From IMG/VR virus record IMGVR_UViG_2778261269_000003, positions 1 through 32,904 of that record: a stretch of DNA of 32,904 nucleotides; one strand, given 5' to 3'. Positions 26,262 to 32,904 of this stretch are shown here, piece after piece (positions within the stretch are counted from its first letter, which is position 1; each line of letters opens with the position of its first letter). A model generated the notes under the pieces. The model saw only the letters and a program-made list of their open reading frames with translations. It did no database searches and was not told the DNA's origin. The translations under genes were made by a program, and so were the position numbers. Source of the DNA: a virus. Lineage: Duplodnaviria; Heunggongvirae; Uroviricota; Caudoviricetes.

Positions 26262-28637
26262 ATGGCCACCCAACCAACAAATAACGCAGTGCCAAGCGAA
26301 TCACCCCGTGATCTGAAGTTTAACGCGGGGAAAATTGATGAGTTCGTTACGTCTGAGAATCATGATTATGTTGACAGATTTGGCAATAAACATCGTACAA
26401 TTGAAGGCATAAATTACGATTCGAACCAGGCAATTCTGAATTATGGCTATATCACGAAGGATTCTTTTGAAGATGGCAGCACCATTAGCCTTGCTAACGA
26501 GTGCTTACGCTGGAAGAGCAACGGCGAGTACTACAGATGGGATGGGTCACTCCCCAAAGTAGTTCCCCCTGGCTCTACTCCGGAAGGCACTGGTGGGCTA
26601 GGGAAAGGTAAGTGGGTTGGTGTCGGAGATGCATCTTTGCGATCGGCAATGAAGAATGAGAATGGTACTGATTTAATTAATGGAACAAAATCTGTTGTTG
26701 GGTCAGTTACAAGATCACTAACAGATATGTTGTCAGACAAGATATCCGTGCGGGATTTTGGCGGAATTGATGACTATGATGGAACAAATGCATCAACATG
26801 CACTAACAACAGAATTCCATTTCAACGGTATTTTGAATATCTTAATTCAATTGGCGGTGGCGATCTAAATATTCCACGTAAATTAACCGGGAAATATTTT
26901 ATTAGTGGTGATGACCACACACAAGTTACCTCTAAAGTTCGTTTAAATACTGACGAAGGTGTATCTATACATCTTGATTTCTCTGGAGGTGCTTCAAATA
27001 CTCCATTTGCCAATCTCGATTTAAGGGCATCGAGCCAGATAAAGATTGAGTATGTTAATTTTGGTTATCCGTCATATGTTGGTGGTAGCGTAGACACGCC
27101 ATTTAGTGACTCTTTGCAAACCATGAACAATGGTGATGGTATTTACACGGTGCCAGAAGTACTATCAGGTAGTGATTTTAAAGTCATTTCATTGGGAAAT
27201 AGCTCTGTTGAAATACCACCGTTATCAACATCCGGAGATACAATCTCTTTTAATGGCGGAGGGGTTCCAACTGCAGCAGTCATCAGCGTGACTCCTGGTG
27301 ACGAAATTATGGCGTTAATAGGCTCGAATTCGCTTGGGGGAATTATTGCCGGTGTCGTCACGGTTAATGGCTATGCTTATGTTTCTCAAGATACTTCTAG
27401 TGGTAATATTACCCTTGCAGAAGGCACGATAGGGCAGCCAAATATACTAACTGGTCTTAATTATGCTCTCATGGATCAGCTAAGAGATCGGTTTGACCGT
27501 GCTATCATAACAGTAAAAATTACTTCATCGAGAACCTTTACCGTTATGGCTAACGGTCTGGCAATATGCAGTCATACCACCAGGTCTAGTATTCTTGGCG
27601 CTTGTCTTGGTACTTCCGACATTAATAGTATTGTGAATGTATCACAAATGTCTCGAGTTAGAGGGCATAGTTTTTCCGGGTCCAAGCCTTTGAGGATATT
27701 GGTTTGCGGAGATTCAATTACCGATCAAAATAATCAATATTCATGGGCCAAATATCTCCAGATGCAGTTGGGCTCAGCTGGCGTTAACATTGCAGAGATA
27801 AATAATTTAGCAGTGGCTGGACAGACAGCGGCCCAACAACTCAGCATCCTGAAAACTGTTGGTGTAGGATATGATATCTGCCTGATACAGGTTGGTGTAA
27901 ATGATGTTCAGTTACAGACTCCGGTAGCATCCTTCATTTCGACAATAAATGAAATGGTCACTTACGCGAAGGGGATTGGAGCATTTCCGATTGTTGGTGT
28001 ACCCACGGCTTTTTATTCTCTTGCAGAGGCGAATGCTAATGGGCAAACGGGAGGGCAAAACACATCAAACAACTCTTCGATAGGGATGTACCGATCGCTT
28101 CTTATTCGTGCTGTTGCAGCAGCTGGCGGAATTGTTAACCTTGAGCCTATGAAAGGACATGGAGCTATGACGGCTAAGTGGCTGTCACTGAAACCGTATG
28201 CCGTCAGCGATAGCATCGTGCTGGACAATATTCACCCCACTCCATATGGGTCGATGCTCCTGGCACAAGGATATGCGCGATGCATTCTTGGATGGCTTAC
28301 TAGGCCTGACATGACACCAACGGAAAGCTTTGAATTTATTCCTAGCGGGTGGCTTAGCCCAGGATTTGGCGAAACATCGATCCCTAAAATTAAAGGAAGG
28401 GAGTTCTCTGGGTTGATAAGTCTGCATGCAACAAATATCAATGATGGTTCAGTGGCCTTCACTTTGCCACCATCATTTAAAGTAGATAACGTTAAGATGC
28501 TTGCGGTGACAGGGACAAACAGTTCCGGGCTTCCGGTAGGTGTTTGTAATTTATATGTTGGGACAGACGGGAAGTGTTACTTCTTTAATATTCCAGAAGG
28601 AGTTACCCAAGTATCAATGGACGGTGTGGTTTTATAG
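26262..28637 (+). CDS. Tail fibre / tailspike with embedded SGNH (GDSL) esterase domain
   Basis: 791 aa; SGNH blocks ILVCGDSITDQ (GDS at 27708-27716), IQVGVNDV, and LDNIHPT (DxxH at 28224-28235). Confidence 0.78.
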   Translation: MATQPTNNAVPSESPRDLKFNAGKIDEFVTSENHDYVDRFGNKHRTIEGINYDSNQAILNYGYITKDSFEDGSTISLANECLRWKSNGEYYRWDGSLPKVVPPGSTPEGTGGLGKGKWVGVGDASLRSAMKNENGTDLINGTKSVVGSVTRSLTDMLSDKISVRDFGGIDDYDGTNASTCTNNRIPFQRYFEYLNSIGGGDLNIPRKLTGKYFISGDDHTQVTSKVRLNTDEGVSIHLDFSGGASNTPFANLDLRASSQIKIEYVNFGYPSYVGGSVDTPFSDSLQTMNNGDGIYTVPEVLSGSDFKVISLGNSSVEIPPLSTSGDTISFNGGGVPTAAVISVTPGDEIMALIGSNSLGGIIAGVVTVNGYAYVSQDTSSGNITLAEGTIGQPNILTGLNYALMDQLRDRFDRAIITVKITSSRTFTVMANGLAICSHTTRSSILGACLGTSDINSIVNVSQMSRVRGHSFSGSKPLRILVCGDSITDQNNQYSWAKYLQMQLGSAGVNIAEINNLAVAGQTAAQQLSILKTVGVGYDICLIQVGVNDVQLQTPVASFISTINEMVTYAKGIGAFPIVGVPTAFYSLAEANANGQTGGQNTSNNSSIGMYRSLLIRAVAAAGGIVNLEPMKGHGAMTAKWLSLKPYAVSDSIVLDNIHPTPYGSMLLAQGYARCILGWLTRPDMTPTESFEFIPSGWLSPGFGETSIPKIKGREFSGLISLHATNINDGSVAFTLPPSFKVDNVKMLAVTGTNSSGLPVGVCNLYVGTDGKCYFFNIPEGVTQVSMDGVVL

Positions 28638-28641
28638 TTCC

Positions 28642-28665
28642 GTGTGGGAGGTCTCCCTCCCACAC
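28642..28665. terminator. Bidirectional hairpin between convergent fibre and acylation-cassette genes
   Basis: Perfect 10-bp GC-rich stem GTGTGGGAGG / CCTCCCACAC with 4-nt loop TCTC; weak T-tract on + side. Confidence 0.5.
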
Positions 28666-28671
28666 TCACTA

Positions 28672-29751
28672 TTAATTGTAAGGGGTTTCTCTTTCCATTT
28701 CTAAAACTATGGCTCTGAAATTTCTATTAAACTCATAACCAGGTTTATTATGTAACTCTGCATTTATGCAGTCTCCTAGAAGAGAACTTCTGATTCTAGC
28801 ACCATACCCATTGGTATGATAAGCAGAGTCCATAAATAATTTTCCTCCAAGATTAGACGCGCTTGGTGCGCAAATAACGTTAATACCAGCAACAGAAAGC
28901 AAACCCTTAAGTTTCATTAACGACTGCATGGTTTGTCCATTATCAGTGTCAAACCCCGGATTTCGCATCGTAACAGGCCATGTAATAAATAATTTCCCAC
29001 CTTTATTAGAAACAAAATTATTTATTTCCTTGAGTGTTGTATATGTATGTTCAGATATTTTAGGAATGTCTGAGTTATATGTAAATGTGCCATTATACAC
29101 AGAATCGTAAACAGTTTTACCGTCAATAAAAACATTGATGTCACCGTTTTTATTTAGACTTTTATAACTGTACCCATTATATTCACCATTGGTAGAGTTA
29201 AGATGATTGATGACATCACTCAACGGTGAAACCAGGCCTTTATCTTCAGCATTAAATCCTTCAACTAACCTTTTGGGGCTAACATTCATCATGAACTTTA
29301 TACGGTTATAAATGTTGATGCTTGATAGGTAATCCTGGCCCCACCCCAATATATTATTAACAAACCAATCAGTTGGTGCTTCCGTACGTGTGTAGTACTC
29401 ATACTCAAGCGGCATTACAACGATATCACCATTTTTAAAATGCTTTTTTAATTGATAAAAATGATAGTTTATATCTAGCTCTGCATGCGTTGCAATATTT
29501 ACAACTGGAAGTGATGTTTTATGGGAAATAATTTCACTATTTATAGAAAATAAGCTATTCGACCCGCTAGAGATTATTATTTTTTTCCCATTTATCCTGT
29601 CAGCGGCAACGCCTTTAAAATCAATTACGTTCTTTAGCCACCACTCACCTACAACCTGCTTTCCTTCCTGCATTTTGAAAGCATAAATAAACGTCCCAGC
29701 GGCAAATGCAAGTATTGCTAAGAATATAGAGAAGCTGAATTTATAATTCAC
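28672..29751 (-). CDS. DltD/AlgJ-like membrane-anchored partner protein of MBOAT acyltransferase
   Basis: 359 aa with N-terminal TM anchor, C-terminal FMDSAYHTNGYG resembling the DltD/AlgJ D..H..G.G motif; GTG start 9 nt after MBOAT stop with AAGGG RBS. Confidence 0.55.
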   Translation of the reverse strand: MNYKFSFSIFLAILAFAAGTFIYAFKMQEGKQVVGEWWLKNVIDFKGVAADRINGKKIIISSGSNSLFSINSEIISHKTSLPVVNIATHAELDINYHFYQLKKHFKNGDIVVMPLEYEYYTRTEAPTDWFVNNILGWGQDYLSSINIYNRIKFMMNVSPKRLVEGFNAEDKGLVSPLSDVINHLNSTNGEYNGYSYKSLNKNGDINVFIDGKTVYDSVYNGTFTYNSDIPKISEHTYTTLKEINNFVSNKGGKLFITWPVTMRNPGFDTDNGQTMQSLMKLKGLLSVAGINVICAPSASNLGGKLFMDSAYHTNGYGARIRSSLLGDCINAELHNKPGYEFNRNFRAIVLEMERETPYN

Positions 29752-29760
29752 TGTTCGCCC

Positions 29761-31203
29761 TTAAAAATTGAAGTAAATAAAGGATCCGGGAGCCGCCCCA
29801 CCCAAGGAAGCAGTCACTGCAATGCAAACGCCAAAGGCACACAGGCATGGAGCAAGCAGATTCCACGCTATACCACTCTTATGTTCTTTGGTCATCTCCA
29901 TGAAAACATTAGAATTTACATTAATTAAGCACGTCATAATGGCAATGGCGCAAACAGCTATCATATAGAAACCACCTTTCGATGCCTCATAGAGGAATGA
30001 GTCCGCAAAAGGTTGAGCATATTTAAATCCGGAAACCAAAGAATCGTAACCAGCAAACATTTTCTTTAGCAAACTAAAAGCATCATTTAAGTTATCTGTT
30101 CTGAAGAAAATCCAGGTGATATTCACGTAATTGAATGTTATAAACCAACCTACAACGCTCGGCATGCGAAAGCCATTTTGTGACCAATACCTGTGAATGA
30201 CAAGCCCAGCCCCGTGTAAAGCGCCCCACGCCAAAAAATTCCATCCAGCTCCATGCCAGAAACCGCCGATCAAAAACGTCAAAAACAGGTTTAGATATGT
30301 GCGTAATACACCATTTCGGTTTCCGCCAAGAGGAATGTAGACATAATTCCTGAGCCACGTGGAAAGGGTAATGTGCCAGCGTCTCCAGAAATCTTGAAGG
30401 TCTGTTGCTATGTATGGTGAATTGAAGTTGATAGGCAGCACAACGCCAAACAGAAGGGCCGAGCCAATCGCCATGTCAGTATATCCGGAGAAATCAAAGT
30501 ATAACTGGATACTGTATGAGAGGCTGGTTATCCATGCCTCCAAAGCACCAAGGGCTGAGATATTTGCATAACCTTGATCCGCTATAGAGCCAAAATATGA
30601 AGACAAGACAACTTTTTTGAATATTCCGACACTAAATATAAATACTGCGGGAACGAAATATTTCCCGAAATAATTATCCCTTGAGTTGAGTTGGTTTGTA
30701 ATTACATCATAATTTGTTATCGGGCCAGAGATGAGCTTAGGGAAAAACAAAATGTAGCAGCAATAATTTAATATTGAAATGTTAGATATCTGCTTTCTAT
30801 ACAAACTAACTGATAAAGAAATCTGCTGAAATGTATAGAAGCTTATGGCTAACGGCGCAATAACATTCATGTGGCCTATATTTAGGTTGAAAATACTAGA
30901 TATGTTACTTGCAAAGAAGTTGCAGTATTTAAAATAACCAAGAGATGCCACGTTAAATATAACTGATAATGCTACATATAATTTTGTCTTTTCAGATTTC
31001 ATCATTGTTAATATTGCGTAGTTTATCAGCATCGATATCAACAAAAGAGGCAAGAAATTAAATGTGAAAAAAGTATAGAAATACAGGCTAGCGCAACAAA
31101 TCCACACCTTGGAGAGAGCAATGTTAAATTTTTTCAGGAAAAGGAATATCAATACCACCAAAGGTAAAAACATTACAGAATATTCTAACGAGTTAAATAA
31201 CAT
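29761..31203 (-). CDS. MBOAT-family membrane-bound O-acyltransferase (AlgI/DltB/PatA-like)
   Basis: 480 aa polytopic membrane protein with the MBOAT His motif FWRRWHITLSTWLRNYVYIPLGGNR; very AT-rich. Confidence 0.8.
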   Translation of the reverse strand: MLFNSLEYSVMFLPLVVLIFLFLKKFNIALSKVWICCASLYFYTFFTFNFLPLLLISMLINYAILTMMKSEKTKLYVALSVIFNVASLGYFKYCNFFASNISSIFNLNIGHMNVIAPLAISFYTFQQISLSVSLYRKQISNISILNYCCYILFFPKLISGPITNYDVITNQLNSRDNYFGKYFVPAVFIFSVGIFKKVVLSSYFGSIADQGYANISALGALEAWITSLSYSIQLYFDFSGYTDMAIGSALLFGVVLPINFNSPYIATDLQDFWRRWHITLSTWLRNYVYIPLGGNRNGVLRTYLNLFLTFLIGGFWHGAGWNFLAWGALHGAGLVIHRYWSQNGFRMPSVVGWFITFNYVNITWIFFRTDNLNDAFSLLKKMFAGYDSLVSGFKYAQPFADSFLYEASKGGFYMIAVCAIAIMTCLINVNSNVFMEMTKEHKSGIAWNLLAPCLCAFGVCIAVTASLGGAAPGSFIYFNF

Positions 31204-31749
31204 GCCTTATCCCTTATATAAGTTATCAATCAAGTTTAAACCGCTATCAGAACACCAAATTCGCTTATCCATTCATGAACCTCTTCCACGCGCAATCTGC
31301 AACCACACTTAACATCCATGGTATTAACTTTAATTCCTAAAATTAGTGACATGGAGTTTACCACTACAGAGAAATCTGATCATTACTTGATCGAAAGAAG
31401 GGAACGTGGTGCTGTGCGTATACACAGCAATGGTCGGAGAAGCATCTCTGATCCCATATGCTCGCTCTTTGGTGGTTTGCAGAATGGAAGGCGAGTTGAG
31501 GATAAGGCGATATCGTAAATCATCAACTCCTCACCTGGAGGAATTGCAGACGGGGAGGCGTAAAAGATACCAGTGCACGATGACGGAACTAGCCCGGATG
31601 CGATCTTTGGGATGTTCACCTACATCATCCACGATGTTCGCTCTGACGAGTTCGACGACTTTCTGGTGATGTGATGGGGCATGGATGAGGAAAACATTAT
31701 CGAAAACAACCCAAAACAGATGGAGTTGAGAGGTGTCTTGCACCATTTC
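31204..31749. other. Non-coding region between conversion cassette and integrase; candidate attP and promoter of the reverse-strand cassette
   Basis: About 550 bp with only short mutually overlapping ORFs; lies at the 3' end of int as attP does in lambda; no tRNA-like T-arm seen. Confidence 0.3.
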
Positions 31750-32904
31750 TCACAACTTACCATCAAGCCAGTCTGCCCACCACTGCATCATCTCCCTGCG
31801 CTTATCCATGTACTGAGCGTGATTGTATATCCCACGCACAGATCCGCCGTTTGCATGTGCCAGTTGCACTTCAATAGCGTCAGCAGGCCATTCGTGCTCG
31901 TTCATAATCGTGCTGAATTCATGCCTGAATCCGTGACCGCTTTCCAGACCCTCATAGCCGATTTGTTTGATCACAAGCAGTACCGCGTTCTCGCAGATTG
32001 GCTTCTTCTTATCGTTGCGCCCGGCAAAAACAAACTCTGAGACTGGTTTGGTGATGGAGCTTAGCGTAGTGAGAAGTTCAACTACCTGGTCTGACATAGG
32101 AACCACATGAATTTTGCGTCCTTTCATCACACTGGCGTCGATGGTGATAATCCTATTTTCAAAATCGACGTTCTTCCATAGCATGGAACGAAGCTCTTTC
32201 GTTCTTAGGGCTGTGTAGCGTAAAACTTTGGTCGCAATGAGCGATACGATACTTCCTGAAAATGTTGCCAGTGCTTTGTTGAATGCCGGGATCTGGTCTG
32301 CAGGAAGAAACGGGAAGTTCTTCTTGCGGTATCCCTTCATGGCGTCAGCAAGGTCAGGTGCCGGGTTATATTTAGCCCTTCCGGTGACAATAGCGTAACG
32401 GAAAACCTCGCCGCATCTTCTGCGTGCTTTGTTGGCTCGTTCCATTGCACCGCGATCTTCAAACCTGCGGATTACTTCCAGCAGTTGCATCGGCTCAATA
32501 TCCTGAATTTCAAGGCCGCCAATGATAGGTAAAATGTCGTCGTCAAACATTTTGGCAAGTTCAGTTGCATACCCTACTGACCATACTTGCTTCTTGTGCT
32601 CGTACCATTCCTTGTAAATCGCACTAAAGGAATTGTTGTTAGACGAAGCCTTTTTCGCCTTTACAGGATCGATGCCAACCGAGATGTCTTTCCTCGCAGT
32701 CCATGCTTTATCCCTTGCCTCCTGCAAAGTCATAAGCGGATATTTTCCGACGGTCAGGATTTTCTCCTTACCGTCAATCTTGTAGCGAAGCTGCCATACC
32801 TTTTTCCCTGACACAGGGACATAAAGGTACAGGCCATTACCATCGAGAAGGCGGTATGGTTTTTCTTTCGGCTTTGCTGCTTCAATCTGCTTAACGGTGA
32901 GCAT
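31750..32904 (-). CDS. int: Tyrosine site-specific integrase (P4-type N-terminal arm-binding domain)
   Basis: 384 aa; start codon is the last three bases of the window; N-terminus ...KPKEKPYRLLDGNGLYLYV..., C-terminus HGFRHEFST...RGIYNHAQY with conserved His/Arg/Tyr residues. Confidence 0.9.
   Translation of the reverse strand: MLTVKQIEAAKPKEKPYRLLDGNGLYLYVPVSGKKVWQLRYKIDGKEKILTVGKYPLMTLQEARDKAWTARKDISVGIDPVKAKKASSNNNSFSAIYKEWYEHKKQVWSVGYATELAKMFDDDILPIIGGLEIQDIEPMQLLEVIRRFEDRGAMERANKARRRCGEVFRYAIVTGRAKYNPAPDLADAMKGYRKKNFPFLPADQIPAFNKALATFSGSIVSLIATKVLRYTALRTKELRSMLWKNVDFENRIITIDASVMKGRKIHVVPMSDQVVELLTTLSSITKPVSEFVFAGRNDKKKPICENAVLLVIKQIGYEGLESGHGFRHEFSTIMNEHEWPADAIEVQLAHANGGSVRGIYNHAQYMDKRREMMQWWADWLDGKL

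Noticed and set aside
31204-31749. Possible tRNA gene or tRNA 3' fragment at the integrase-proximal att region
   Set aside because: No GTTCRANTCC-type T-arm or complement and no CCA-terminated acceptor stem could be recognised on either strand.
1-32904. CRISPR arrays
   Set aside because: No regularly spaced direct repeats were noticed; the only repeats are the 24-nt pair inside one gene and short inverted repeats.

Overview
This window is a lambdoid temperate siphophage genome segment of enterobacterial type, read almost entirely on the + strand. All protein and family assignments below come from reading the translations by eye and from memory of the families; no database search or composition calculation was run. 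The left ~6.9 kb is phage-lambda-like at the protein level: O (3' part), P, ren, a tR2-like terminator, ninB, a Dam-type N6-adenine methyltransferase, ninE, ninF, a YbcO-like protein, rusA, ninH, Q, the PR'/qut/6S/tR' late control region, and the S, R, Rz/Rz1 lysis cassette. A non-lambda morphogenesis module follows: terS, terL, portal, Mu-F-like head protein, protease/scaffold, decoration-like protein, major capsid, connector proteins, major tail protein, chaperone, tape measure, minor tail proteins, NlpC/P60 peptidase and a large tail tip protein. The right end is the most interesting part: a tail fibre with an embedded SGNH/GDSL esterase domain, then an AT-rich reverse-strand two-gene MBOAT plus DltD/AlgJ-like acylation cassette (candidate novel lysogenic-conversion system), a ~550 bp non-coding candidate att region, and a complete reverse-strand tyrosine integrase. 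No rRNA, tRNA or CRISPR array was seen.
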